In this document: one piece after another, positions 1 to 10,471 of the stretch
How positions within the stretch are numbered: position 1 is the stretch's first letter
How the letters are laid out: each line of letters starts with the position of its first letter
DNA from: Promethearchaeota archaeon
Lineage (GTDB): Archaea; Asgardarchaeota; Lokiarchaeia; Sigyniarchaeales; SOKP01
Direction of reading: 5' to 3'
NCBI GenBank assembly: GCA_016839585.1
Contig: JAEOTZ010000021.1
Coordinates: 24,711-88,710 of the forward strand
DNA length: 64,000 bases
Translations under genes and position numbers: made by a program
Notes under the pieces: model-generated
What the model saw: the letters and a program-made list of their open reading frames with translations, nothing else
What the model was told of the DNA's origin: nothing
Databases searched by the model: none

Positions 1-1664
1 ACTTTAGCGGCTGCGCTTTCTGCTTGAGCAATACTACTTGGAATATCTTTTGGTCCTTGAATTGCCCCAGCTATATATATCCCAAAAATAGAACTTTCAG
101 AAGGATTTACTTTTAAATGCTTTTCTAATAAAAACCCATAAGAATCTTGAGAAATGCCTAAAATTTGACTTAATTTGTCTGTATTTTCTGCTGGCTCAAT
201 ACCTACTGCTAAGACTACTAGATCTGTTTTATTTTCAAATAAAGCATCTTCAGTAACATCTTCTCCTCGAATAATTAACTCTTCAGATGTATCACTCTTT
301 AATATTGCTGATATATTACTTCTAATAAACCGTATTCCAAAAACTTCACGTGCCCTGTTATAGAATTCTTCACAATTCTTGCTAATAGATCTAATATCTG
401 TGTAATAAATATTAATATTAATATCAGGATATTCTTTTTTTAGTAAAATTGCTTGTTTTATTGCAACATTACAACAAACCTGGCTACAATATTCACGATG
501 AATCTTTTTATTTCGTGATCCAACACATAATACAAATGATACCTTCTTTGGTGGTTGACCGTTGGAAGGTCTTATGATTCTTCCATGGGTGGGGCCATCA
601 TTATTAAATAATCGTTCCATTTGCATTGTTGTAATTACATCAGAATATTTTTGATAATTTAATTCTCCTAGTATGGATGGATCAAATATCTTTAATCCAG
701 TTGCTACGATTATTGTACCAACTGAAATATCTAAAAATTCCGGTTTTTGGTCAAAATCAATTGCATTTCGATCTCCACATGCAAGTTCACATGCCTTACA
801 TCCAATACAATATTCCTCTAAAATATTTGGAAATAGGGGAATAGCCTGTGGATATGGAACATCTATAGCCTTTCTTGGGAAATATGTATTCTCTATATCG
901 ATAGGGCACACATCACGGCAGATATCAACACAACCTACACAAACTTCTTCTTTTATAAACCGAGGATTTTTTCTTATAGATACTTCAAAATTACCAACAT
1001 ATCCATCAACTTTTTCTAACTCAGAATAAGTTAATAATTCGATATTAGGATGATCTTTAACTTCCGTCATTAATGGTCCAAGAATGCAGATCGAACAATC
1101 TAAAGTGGGGAAAGTTTTATCGAATAGAGCCATATGGCCCCCTATAGTAGGTTCCTTTTCTACTAAATACACTTTATAGCCAGCATCAGCGATAACCATA
1201 GCCGCTTTTATCCCCGCAATACCTCCACCGATTATTAAGCAGGATGGTAGTACACTTGAATATTGGACTTCTAAAGGTTTTAAGAGTTTAACTTGTTCTA
1301 TTGCCATATTAATTTGATCAATTGCTTTTTTTGTAGCTTTCTCTGGCTCATTGGCATGGACCCATGAATTTTGTTCCCTTATATTTGCAAATGATATTAA
1401 AAATCGATTAATTCCTGCTTTTTCGATAGTTTTCCGAAATAACAGTCCATGTAATTTAAATGAACATGCTGCAATAACAACACGATCGATTTTTTTTTCT
1501 TTAATCTCTTCAATAATTTTGTTTAAACCTAATTCTGAGCATAAGTATTGATCTCCAATAACATGGATCTCTGGATAATTGCTGAAATGTTCAATTAACC
1601 TCTTATTGTCAATAACTCCAGATATGTTTTTCCCACAGTCACATAAAAATAATCCTATTTTCAA
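1..1664 (-). CDS. hdrA: Heterodisulfide reductase subunit A-like flavo-Fe-S protein (3' end runs off the window; absent from ORF track)
   Basis: Manual minus-strand translation from TTG at 1664 (GAGGT upstream): MKIGLFLCDCGKNI..., ANIREQNSWVH, IIGGGIAG (FAD), DKTFPTLDCSICILGP, CVGCVDICRDVCP, CIGCKACELAC, CVGSR..YCSQVCC, QGPKDIPSSIAQA; open to the window edge. Confidence 0.93.
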   Translation of the reverse strand, partial: MKIGLFLCDCGKNISGVIDNKRLIEHFSNYPEIHVIGDQYLCSELGLNKIIEEIKEKKIDRVVIAACSFKLHGLLFRKTIEKAGINRFLISFANIREQNSWVHANEPEKATKKAIDQINMAIEQVKLLKPLEVQYSSVLPSCLIIGGGIAGIKAAMVIADAGYKVYLVEKEPTIGGHMALFDKTFPTLDCSICILGPLMTEVKDHPNIELLTYSELEKVDGYVGNFEVSIRKNPRFIKEEVCVGCVDICRDVCPIDIENTYFPRKAIDVPYPQAIPLFPNILEEYCIGCKACELACGDRNAIDFDQKPEFLDISVGTIIVATGLKIFDPSILGELNYQKYSDVITTMQMERLFNNDGPTHGRIIRPSNGQPPKKVSFVLCVGSRNKKIHREYCSQVCCNVAIKQAILLKKEYPDININIYYTDIRSISKNCEEFYNRAREVFGIRFIRSNISAILKSDTSEELIIRGEDVTEDALFENKTDLVVLAVGIEPAENTDKLSQILGISQDSYGFLLEKHLKVNPSESSIFGIYIAGAIQGPKDIPSSIAQAESAAAK

Positions 1665-1947
1665 TTTGAGACCTCTTGTAACCACTAAATTTTCGCAATC
1701 TTATGAATAATATAACTTTAAATTTATATTAATTATACTAATAATTTGTTTAAGTTAATCTTAATTCTTCGCAATTATAATAAAAAACTATTCCCTACTT
1801 ATTAATTATTTATTTAGTAAGAAAGTTATAGGCTTTAAATATATTAAAAATATTTATTCCATATCAATAGTGTATATTTTTAACAGGAAATTTTACTTGA
1901 TTCCTTTTATTCAATAATATTAATATCATAAATTAAGGTTATATAAA

Positions 1948-2595
1948 ATGGCTGATTATCAAATTTTTCTAACATTTTTGAGTTTGGGTGCATCTATTGC
2001 TGTTTTGTTCTTTATTATATGGGATCATATCAAGGACGACCGAATTCTGCTTAGGGAAGTTCAACAATTTTATGAAGATATTGAAATGTTAATCTTTACA
2101 CACATCCAAATAAGATATTATAACGCTTTAGGAACTGACGACAAATTAAATGCAAATAAAGATTTATCAGCTTTCATAAAAAATAAAAATCGAGATAATA
2201 TTCAAAATGATTATCTAAAAACAAAAATAAGTCAACATTTTATGGAATTTTCAAAATTTTTAGGACTTAGTTTTAATATTGAGAAGGAAAACTACTTAAA
2301 TGGAACTATTTTCATTTTGAACAAGGATGGACTTCTTTCGAAAAGGAATATTGAAGAATATAAAGACATGCCAATAATAACTAATTATATAGAAATTTCA
2401 AAAGTCCAAATTAATGAAATATTAAATTATTTAACTACTTTAAGGTTCTTTTGGAAAAAGTGGTATTATAAGTTCATTTTTAGACCTGAATTAAAACAAA
2501 AAGTAAATTTTTATGACCTATTGGGATATATTAAGCCATTAGAACAAGTAAAACAAAGAAAAAAGTTTTTTCGGTATCGAAAAAATTTACAATAA
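1948..2595 (+). CDS. Hypothetical protein with N-terminal transmembrane helix
   Basis: 215-aa ORF; hydrophobic N-terminus IFLTFLSLGASIAVLFFIIW; no recognised motif. Confidence 0.6.
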   Translation: MADYQIFLTFLSLGASIAVLFFIIWDHIKDDRILLREVQQFYEDIEMLIFTHIQIRYYNALGTDDKLNANKDLSAFIKNKNRDNIQNDYLKTKISQHFMEFSKFLGLSFNIEKENYLNGTIFILNKDGLLSKRNIEEYKDMPIITNYIEISKVQINEILNYLTTLRFFWKKWYYKFIFRPELKQKVNFYDLLGYIKPLEQVKQRKKFFRYRKNLQ

Positions 2596-2649
2596 TTTTA
2601 ATTTAAAATTAACTTTAGACTTTTTGTAATTATAAAGAAGAACTATGAA

Positions 2650-3255
2650 TTACTTGTTAGCTATATCATTAGGTAGAAATTTATATACTCTAAATATATT
2701 AAAATCATTTTTCTTCATTTTTATGAAAAAATTCTTCTCCATCTCATATTCTTGTCTTGCCCATTTTATAATCTCATTTTTAGAGTAAAAATATCCTTGG
2801 TTCTCAAGAGATTTTTGAAGAGCGGGACATCTTTTTGAATAGTCTTTAAAGTTTCTTAAACTATTTATAAGCATATTCCAACCAATAGGAAAAGCTCTAC
2901 ATTGGAAAGGTCTAGCTTTATGAACAGTACATTTATTATCCTTTAAAAAATGGCAATGTTCATCGTTACCAGTAAATTTAAATCCTAATGTCTTAAATCG
3001 ATAAGTTTTACCTTTTTTAGTTTTTGGATTCCTCCAAAAGAAAGTATCATTTATTATTTTCAAATACTTTTTAGTAAATTCTCTCAAACCAGATTTTCCT
3101 TTTAGATTTAAATGATTGGCAAGCGTTTTAATGTCATTTTTATATAAAAATACTTCGCCTTCGCCTAATCCTCTACAACAAGTGCCACACATCTCGCAGG
3201 AAAAGAAAATTCCATTCTCAAACTTTTTTGAGATTTTAATCTCAGTTGAGGTCAA
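2650..3255 (-). CDS. YkgJ-family cysteine-cluster protein (CxxCxxCC)
   Basis: FSCEMCGTCC ... CHFLKDNKCTVHKARPFQCRAFP ... CP. Confidence 0.85.
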   Translation of the reverse strand: MTSTEIKISKKFENGIFFSCEMCGTCCRGLGEGEVFLYKNDIKTLANHLNLKGKSGLREFTKKYLKIINDTFFWRNPKTKKGKTYRFKTLGFKFTGNDEHCHFLKDNKCTVHKARPFQCRAFPIGWNMLINSLRNFKDYSKRCPALQKSLENQGYFYSKNEIIKWARQEYEMEKNFFIKMKKNDFNIFRVYKFLPNDIANK

Positions 3256-3370
3256 AACTATAATTTATCTTTTTGTTGTTGGTTTTTAAATAATATACAA
3301 ATATTTAATTAATATTTAAATATTAATTCATTGATTATTTTAGGCAATAATGAAAGAGGAGTTTTAGTTT

Positions 3371-5620
3371 TTGGTCAGGAATTTAACCATAAATGAATAT
3401 GTAGATCTTGATCTACAAGGTATAAATAAAAAAGTAAAACAGTTTGAAAGAATTTTAATTAAAAATGAGATTCACATCGATAAAAGATTTAATAAATGGA
3501 TTACAGACTTTAAAAAGATATATGGGAGTAGATACGCAAATTTACAGTTATACATTGTTTTATCTTTACTTTATTTATTAAGCCTTGAATTTATTCATAA
3601 TTATCTTCTAAAAAATGAAACTCCTTTATTTAAACAAAAAAATACTATAAAAAACTATAAAAGAATAATAGGACAAGTAGAAGCCCTTTATAGAAATATT
3701 GAAATTTTTGAATTTGATTATTTTGAACCAATCTTATCATTCTCTGTAAGAGAAGATGCTAGTATTTTGTGGGAACTCATTGAAATATTGTCCAATCACG
3801 TGTTAAATTTAAAAATTGACCCTGAATACTTATTTGATTATCTGATACAAAAAATATTATCTCCTATTATAAGGCATAAAATTGGTGAATATTATACTCC
3901 TCCTTTTTTAGTTAAAAGAATGGTCCGAGAAGTTTATTCCTTTGGAGATACAGTCCTCGATCCTTGTTGTGGGTCTGGGAATTTTTTAGTTGAAATCCTA
4001 AGATATATAAATTCACAAGATAGGAGTAATGAAGAGAAAATAACCGCAATCAATCGAATATATGGGTATGACATCAATCCAATCTCAATCTATTTTTCAA
4101 AGATTAACTTTTTATATATTTTAAGAGAACAAGGTCCTTTAATTAAATTCCATTTATATATTCTTGATTTTTTATCCCAAGAAGGGAGTAAGTTGGATAC
4201 AAAATTTGACTTAGTAATAGGAAATCCTCCATGGTATACATATAGAGACATAGAATCAATATATTATCAAAAACAAATTAAATCTTTGGCAGAAAATTTA
4301 GAAATAAAACCACTTCCTAAAAATGTTTTAAATTTAGAAGTCTCTACTCTCTTTTTTTATAAGGCAAATAAGGTTTTTATGAAAAAAAATGCAAAAATTT
4401 TTTTTGTAATTACTAAAGGAGTAATCACAGGTTCCCATGCTTCTCAATTTCGTAATTTCAAAGGTTTTTATAATTTAAAGATTTGGACTTTTGATAAAAA
4501 GATTGAAAAGGTTTTTAACATTGATTTTATTTGTTTGTTTGCTCAAAAATCTGAAATTGAATTTGAATATTATGATAAAGAGATTCCTTCTTTACATTTT
4601 AAGATTAATGATAAAGCCAATGATATAAATTATTTTTCTAATATAGAATTAAAACAGGAAAAAATTAATTATTTGATACCCTATTGCGTTGAAATAAAAG
4701 GTGAAAAAAGATATACAAAAAAATTTATTCTAAAAGAAAGATATGAAGAATTATTCTGTATTAGACCTAGCTATTATAAAAAACAATTTCACAAGGGTGC
4801 TGATTTAAACCCAAGAAATTTAATATTCATTAAATATAAAAAAGTAGATGATAAATTAGTAAGAATTAATCCTGATGAGAGAATTTTTAAAAGAGCCAAA
4901 TTCCCTTGGAATAAAAATGAATTTAAAGATGAACTTGTTGAAAAAGAATATCTTTTTAAAGTAATTAAAAGTACAGAATTGGTAAAATTTTTTGTATGTA
5001 ATTATTATTATGTTTTTCTACCACTCTCAAAAAAAGATTTTAGTTTTAATTATTCAAGTTTATCTAAAAATGCTAAATGCTTTTATGATAAAATTAATGA
5101 AATTTATTTGAATTATAAGAAGGAAACTACAAAAAACAATTCTTTAATGGATAACTTAAATAGATGGTCAAAATTGATTAATAATAGACAACTCTCAGAG
5201 ATTAAAGTGATCTACAACAATTCAGGTTCAGTATTGAAGTCTGCAGTTGTACAAGGGAATTTCATAATAACAGGAGATTTGAGTTTTTATGCTACTCAAA
5301 ATCTTGATGAGGCATATTATTTATCAACCATATTAAATTCTACGATAATGACAAATCAAGTTCAAATAATGAAAAGTTCAAGACATATCTTTAAAATTCC
5401 ATTTGATATCCCTATTAAAACATTCAATCCAAATAACCAGAATCATCAAAAGTTAGTTAAATTAGGAAAAAGAGGAGAAGATATTGCAAAAAATACAGTC
5501 GATAAATTCCTCAAAAATAATAATTTTTCCAAAATAAAAATTCAAAATGTATTGTATGCAGAGTTAGGTAATATTTTAACTCAAATTGATGAAATTTTAA
5601 AGAATGAATTTGAAGAATAA
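3371..5620 (+). CDS. Amino (probably N6-adenine) DNA methyltransferase with C-terminal target-recognition region (type IIG/Eco57I-like MTase-TRD)
   Basis: GEYYTP, VLDPCCGSGNFL (motif I), GYDINP, VIGNPPW (motif IV), C-terminal YYLSTILNS...HI. Confidence 0.85.
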   Translation: MVRNLTINEYVDLDLQGINKKVKQFERILIKNEIHIDKRFNKWITDFKKIYGSRYANLQLYIVLSLLYLLSLEFIHNYLLKNETPLFKQKNTIKNYKRIIGQVEALYRNIEIFEFDYFEPILSFSVREDASILWELIEILSNHVLNLKIDPEYLFDYLIQKILSPIIRHKIGEYYTPPFLVKRMVREVYSFGDTVLDPCCGSGNFLVEILRYINSQDRSNEEKITAINRIYGYDINPISIYFSKINFLYILREQGPLIKFHLYILDFLSQEGSKLDTKFDLVIGNPPWYTYRDIESIYYQKQIKSLAENLEIKPLPKNVLNLEVSTLFFYKANKVFMKKNAKIFFVITKGVITGSHASQFRNFKGFYNLKIWTFDKKIEKVFNIDFICLFAQKSEIEFEYYDKEIPSLHFKINDKANDINYFSNIELKQEKINYLIPYCVEIKGEKRYTKKFILKERYEELFCIRPSYYKKQFHKGADLNPRNLIFIKYKKVDDKLVRINPDERIFKRAKFPWNKNEFKDELVEKEYLFKVIKSTELVKFFVCNYYYVFLPLSKKDFSFNYSSLSKNAKCFYDKINEIYLNYKKETTKNNSLMDNLNRWSKLINNRQLSEIKVIYNNSGSVLKSAVVQGNFIITGDLSFYATQNLDEAYYLSTILNSTIMTNQVQIMKSSRHIFKIPFDIPIKTFNPNNQNHQKLVKLGKRGEDIAKNTVDKFLKNNNFSKIKIQNVLYAELGNILTQIDEILKNEFEE

Positions 5621-5713
5621 GAATTTTTTAAGATTAAAATAAATAGGTGTATTTATTTCTATCACTTAATTATACCACAGTATAAAATTATATGATTTCT
5701 TTGGTAAATTCTA

Positions 5714-6232
5714 ATGCGGTCATTTGTTTTTAAGGTCTTAATCGCGGGGAATGGCGGAGTGGGTAAAACTTCATTGCTACGTAGATATGTAGATGGATTC
5801 TTTGATGATTCTACTATTGAAACGGTAGGTGTGGATTTCTTCATTAAAGAAATCGAATTTAACAATACTTATTGCATGTTGCAATTGTGGGATTTAGGGG
5901 GTCAAGAAAGATTTAGACATTTAATAGAAAATTATGTAATGGGTGCTAGGGGAGCCCTCCTTTTATTTGATATGACAAGGATGCCAAAAATCGAAAGTAT
6001 TTTACAATGGGTGAATATTATAAGAATACATGATTTGAATTTACCTATAATACTTGTTGGAACTAAACTTGACCTCGAGGATGCTATTGCTGTCGATGAT
6101 GAAAGTGCAAATCATATAAAAAATGCCTTTAATATGATTAAATATGTTAAAACCTCTGCTAAAAATGGTGATGGTGTTAAAGAACCATTTGAAATATTAG
6201 CAAAAACCATAAAGAAAGGAATTAAATACTGA
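5714..6232 (+). CDS. Rab/Ras-like small GTPase
   Basis: G1 GNGGVGKT, G2 ETVGVDF, G3 WDLGGQERF, G4 GTKLD, G5 TSAK; no C-terminal Cys. Confidence 0.93.
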   Translation: MRSFVFKVLIAGNGGVGKTSLLRRYVDGFFDDSTIETVGVDFFIKEIEFNNTYCMLQLWDLGGQERFRHLIENYVMGARGALLLFDMTRMPKIESILQWVNIIRIHDLNLPIILVGTKLDLEDAIAVDDESANHIKNAFNMIKYVKTSAKNGDGVKEPFEILAKTIKKGIKY

Positions 6233-6382
6233 AATTTTTACTCATACATGTTCCATGCTTAAAATACTTATCTCAACTAAATGTTGTTGAAATAAAAATT
6301 CCTTTTATCGAATTATAGAGAAAAAATTATTTGTTTTGTATTATTTAATTTAATAATTATATAGATAGTAAACTTCGACAAG

Positions 6383-7192
6383 ATGCAACAAGATCAACTT
6401 ATAATTTTAGGGTCTGGTGGCGGGAGGCATCATATAAGAACTCAACATCGAGCAACTGGAGGCATTCTTTATAAATTTAATGGGATCCAATCTCATATAG
6501 ACCCTGGACCAGGAGCAATTGTGCGAATAAATCAATATAAAGAAGATCCCATTAAAACAGAATTATTTATCACGACTCATGCTCATGTCGATCATTTTAA
6601 TGATTTAAGCGCTTTAATTGAGAGTTCTAGGGAAATATTGCATAATAAAAATTATAATTATTTCAAAAAAGGGACCTTAATTACTACAAATGAAGTGCTT
6701 AAGTTAATGTCTAATTATCACCTAAACATGCTTGAAAAGATAATCTCTTTTAAAGCTGGAAGCAAATATAATTACAAAGATATTGAAATTATAGGGACTA
6801 AAGTCGTTCATTCCCTCAATAACGAAGGATTTGGTGTAATTTTTAAACTAAAAAATTATTCATTAGCATTTGCAAGTGATACTATGGTATATGACAGTTT
6901 TTCTGAACAATATTCGGGAGTAAATATTCTAATTCTTAACTTATTAAGACCAAATTCCGTTACTTGTAAGAGGCACTTATGTACTGATGAAGTAATCCCA
7001 TATTTAAATAAAATTGTCCCTCCTCTTAATGGATTAGTTATAACTCATTTTGGTTCTTATATGGATGGACCAAGATCTCCTAAAAATTTTGTGCCAAGTC
7101 AAGTCAAAAAGCTAAAAGAGAAAACTACCATTAAAAATATTATCGCTGCTGAGGATGGATTAAAAATCAAAATTGCTTCTTTATTAGAATAA
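6383..7192 (+). CDS. Metallo-beta-lactamase fold hydrolase (archaeal PhnP-like family)
   Basis: ILGSGGGR, IDPGPG, THAHVDH, ASDT, ITHFG. Confidence 0.85.
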   Translation: MQQDQLIILGSGGGRHHIRTQHRATGGILYKFNGIQSHIDPGPGAIVRINQYKEDPIKTELFITTHAHVDHFNDLSALIESSREILHNKNYNYFKKGTLITTNEVLKLMSNYHLNMLEKIISFKAGSKYNYKDIEIIGTKVVHSLNNEGFGVIFKLKNYSLAFASDTMVYDSFSEQYSGVNILILNLLRPNSVTCKRHLCTDEVIPYLNKIVPPLNGLVITHFGSYMDGPRSPKNFVPSQVKKLKEKTTIKNIIAAEDGLKIKIASLLE

Positions 7193-7553
7193 AATTAACT
7201 CCTCCTTCTTTAGGTAAAAATACTAATTCTAAATTTAGTATGTTCTCGATATTGAAACATAAATAATTTATAATCGCATTATTTTTATAAGAGGATATAC
7301 CTATATATTCTAGGAAGGGAAATAAAAAACAAGATAATTTGAGCTAACATTGGATTTCGCCCTCTATTAAACTCTTTGATGAGTTTAATTCTCTCCCTGA
7401 TTTTTTTCTAATTGCTCGAATTTCTTCTTCCCTTCACTTCTTTATATTTTTATTAAAAATAAGATAGAAATAAATTTAACAGTGAATTTTTATAATTGGG
7501 TTATTTTTAAAAAGGATCAAATTAATTTATAAAAAGAGCAGAAAAATAAAGAT

Positions 7554-7712
7554 TTATTCTAAAGGAATCCAATACCTACATACAATACATTGGAGTACCG
7601 TCTCAAATTTTTTCTCTTCAGAATTATTATTGGCAATTTTTCTTGTTATCATTACATTACCGCACTTTTTACAAATATAGAGTTCTTTTGCTCTTATTTT
7701 TTGTGCAGTCAT
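7554..7712 (-). CDS. Small zinc-ribbon protein, 52 aa (below ORF-track cutoff)
   Basis: MTAQKIRAKELYICKKCGNVMITRKIANNNSEEKKFETVLQCIVCRYWIPLE*; two CxxC pairs. Confidence 0.7.
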   Translation of the reverse strand: MTAQKIRAKELYICKKCGNVMITRKIANNNSEEKKFETVLQCIVCRYWIPLE

Positions 7713-7946
7713 GCTCTATTTCACGAAAGTTACATTATTATATTAACATAAATTTTAATCTAAATATTATAAAGGAGAATATTTCTTAATACCAACCCTT
7801 TACTTATAATATAGTAAAAATCTATTTATTTAAATTTATTCAAATGGACTTCTAAGCAAAAATTTGTCGGAATTTAACATAAAGTTCAATAAATTCAATA
7901 ATTTAACGAGGTTTTAGGAAAGAAAAATAGCTTCAAAAATACCACA

Positions 7947-8858
7947 TTATCTAATTTCTTTATTCTCTTCGGTTTTTAGAACTGTTATAAGGATTGCTAC
8001 AAAAATTAAACCACATCCAAGCCAACCTAAAATAGTCATTGTTTCATTTCCAATTATAAATGAAGCAAAGAGAACAGCAAAAACAGGTTCAAGAGTAAAA
8101 ATTATAGCTGTTTGAGCAGGGCCTTGATGTTGTTGCCCCCAATTTTGAAAAATGAAAGTTCCCGTAGTAACAACTATACCCATATAAATAATTACCAACC
8201 AATAGCCTAAATCAATTGATGAGAAGCTATATGATTCATTTATTAAAAAAGAACTTACAAAACAGAATAAACTAATAATCAATAATTGAACAATAGAATA
8301 TAAGTATACATCTACAAGATTTACAAATTTATCATTCAAAATTATAAATATTGCATATAAAAAAGCACATACTAACACTAAAATGTCACCAATAATTATA
8401 CCTGCCTCACCTTCCAATAAAAGAAATGCCATACCAATTATGGATACAAAAACTGCAATCCATATCCTTTTATTTAGTGATCGATTGAATCCAAGCCATG
8501 CTATAAATGGAACCATTATTGTACTCAACCCTGTAATAAATGCTGCTTTTCCCGCTGTTGTTGTTTGGAGTCCTATTGTTTGAAATACAATTGCAACAAA
8601 ATAAATTAATCCAGTTATACTGCCCCATAATAAAATCCTTTTATTGACTTGGTTTATTTTGATAAAATATGGGAATAAGCCAATTATAGCAATTGAAAAT
8701 CTTAAGCCCAAATAAAGAAAAATAGGAACTTCTTGGGTAAGCATCTTAGTTATTATAAAAGAAGTACCCCATAGCAGTGTAGTTAGGATTAATAATATTG
8801 TTGCAATTATCTTAAGTCTATTTGAAGTGAAAGAGTTATCTCGAATGACCATATCCAT
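7947..8858 (-). CDS. EamA/DMT family transporter
   Basis: LWGTSFIITK, LRF, GLQTTTAGKAAFITGL, GDILVL, FTLEPVFA; about 10 TM segments. Confidence 0.9.
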   Translation of the reverse strand: MDMVIRDNSFTSNRLKIIATILLILTTLLWGTSFIITKMLTQEVPIFLYLGLRFSIAIIGLFPYFIKINQVNKRILLWGSITGLIYFVAIVFQTIGLQTTTAGKAAFITGLSTIMVPFIAWLGFNRSLNKRIWIAVFVSIIGMAFLLLEGEAGIIIGDILVLVCAFLYAIFIILNDKFVNLVDVYLYSIVQLLIISLFCFVSSFLINESYSFSSIDLGYWLVIIYMGIVVTTGTFIFQNWGQQHQGPAQTAIIFTLEPVFAVLFASFIIGNETMTILGWLGCGLIFVAILITVLKTEENKEIR

Positions 8859-9136
8859 CTGTTAGATAATTTATTAATTACAGAAATATGTAAAAGATAA
8901 AAACTATTCTTATTTTATTATGAAGATCTAATAACTATAAAAACTTACACAATAGAAGTATTTGGGACCAATTCTTAAAGAATTTTAAATCCTTATTTTC
9001 ATCTCTTATATACTAATCCGATAAGCTTGTAAAATTAAAAAGATCACAAATTTATAAATAAAGGATAATGATCTATTTCTTCATCAATTATAAACTTTAA
9101 AATTTTTTACTTGAAACAAAAGGGAGTTTTGTAAAG

Positions 9137-9589
9137 TTGGTAAATATAAAAGAAAATTTATGGATATTTGTGTTATTAGCAGGTATTTTAGGGATAGTTT
9201 CAATCTTCACACCAACAATCTATATTAGTAGTGAGGATGCATACATTTGGGTATGGAATTTATATGTTTCCAATGATATTGTCGATTTTGTTCAGACGGA
9301 TGAAGCACTATTTGACTTAGGAATTACTGCTACAATAATCATAGCAATTGGCACATTGGTAACTCTCTTCTCAGGGATTGTCTCGAAGGTTAAAGATAAA
9401 CATTTAAGCTTATTTACTATAATTGGAGGAATATTATTATTAATTGGACCTATAATTTATTTGGCGGGTATTACAGCTGAAGAAGAAAACCTTTGGGAGT
9501 ATTTTACTGTTAATGTTGGTAGTATTCTACCATTTTTCGCAGGAAGCATAGCTATTTTAGCAGGAGTCATGGGTTTTTTACGTAAATAA
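9137..9589 (+). CDS. Four-TM membrane protein (paralogue of 10010..10471)
   Basis: Four hydrophobic segments; N-terminus WIFVLLAGILGIVSIFTP matches the neighbour. Confidence 0.7.
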   Translation: MVNIKENLWIFVLLAGILGIVSIFTPTIYISSEDAYIWVWNLYVSNDIVDFVQTDEALFDLGITATIIIAIGTLVTLFSGIVSKVKDKHLSLFTIIGGILLLIGPIIYLAGITAEEENLWEYFTVNVGSILPFFAGSIAILAGVMGFLRK

Positions 9590-10009
9590 TCATAAAAGTA
9601 AGATAAATTTCATAATTTTTTTTTCCTTATTTTAACACTTATTGAAATATATAAGACTTTTAGAGATGATTATCTATTCTTTTATTTTCAATTAAAATGA
9701 ATTAAAAGAATAAGGGAAAAAATTCTACTATTAATGCTTTAATAATTAACTCCATTTGAAATGTTAATGAGCCTATTAACAGAATGAAGTATAATTTACC
9801 AAAATATATCTCATTACGACCTAATTGCTTAGATGATTTCTAGATTTCAAATAGATGAATTAAAATAATCTTTTATAAAAAAAATTTTTCTTTAATTAAA
9901 AGATCTTCAAAATTAAAAAAATTTAAATATTTTGGGATTGAAATTATGATTAACACCAATGTATTTAAAAAAAATTATTATAAAAGTATTTAATGAGAGT
10001 TGAAAAAAT

Positions 10010-10471
10010 TTGGTAGATTGGAAAAAAGATACCTGGATGTATGTCTTAATTGCCGCTATATTAGCTCTTATTTCGATTTTCACCCCAGTAGCTAGTACTG
10101 ATGATGCTCTAATCTGGTGGACTGGACAAATAAGCCAGTTTACAAAAGATATTATGTATGGACCGTATACTATCTTTGAGTCTGGTGAATGGTTCGGATT
10201 TAATACAGCAACAATATGGACACTAGGGATTACTTGTATGAGTATCGCTATACTGTTATTTTATGGACTCCATGGTATGAAAGGTATGGAATTCAAATGG
10301 GATTGGCTAGTTGTCTTATTAGTAGGAATTGCCTTAATCGTTATGCCAATTTTAATGTTTGTTTATGATTCTACTGCGGACACAACGGTTGGTTTTGCAC
10401 CTATTGGAATACTTATCTCAGGAATAATATGTGTCGTAGTATTTATACTCGAAAAATTCATGGGCGATTAA
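10010..10471 (+). CDS. Four-TM membrane protein (paralogue of 9137..9589)
   Basis: WMYVLIAAILALISIFTP, DALIWW, LGIT shared with the upstream gene. Confidence 0.7.
   Translation: MVDWKKDTWMYVLIAAILALISIFTPVASTDDALIWWTGQISQFTKDIMYGPYTIFESGEWFGFNTATIWTLGITCMSIAILLFYGLHGMKGMEFKWDWLVVLLVGIALIVMPILMFVYDSTADTTVGFAPIGILISGIICVVVFILEKFMGD

Noticed and set aside
1085-1110. Selenocysteine in HdrA or the Prx-like protein, and a SECIS element
   Set aside because: The TLDCSIC motif uses TGT/TGC, the Prx-like CPLC uses TGT/TGC, and I found no in-frame TGA in these frames, so there is no reason to call a SECIS
175-1551. Plus-strand ORFs 175..363, 673..1029 and 1351..1551
   Set aside because: Antisense shadows of the minus-strand hdrA, which the track missed because it runs off the window
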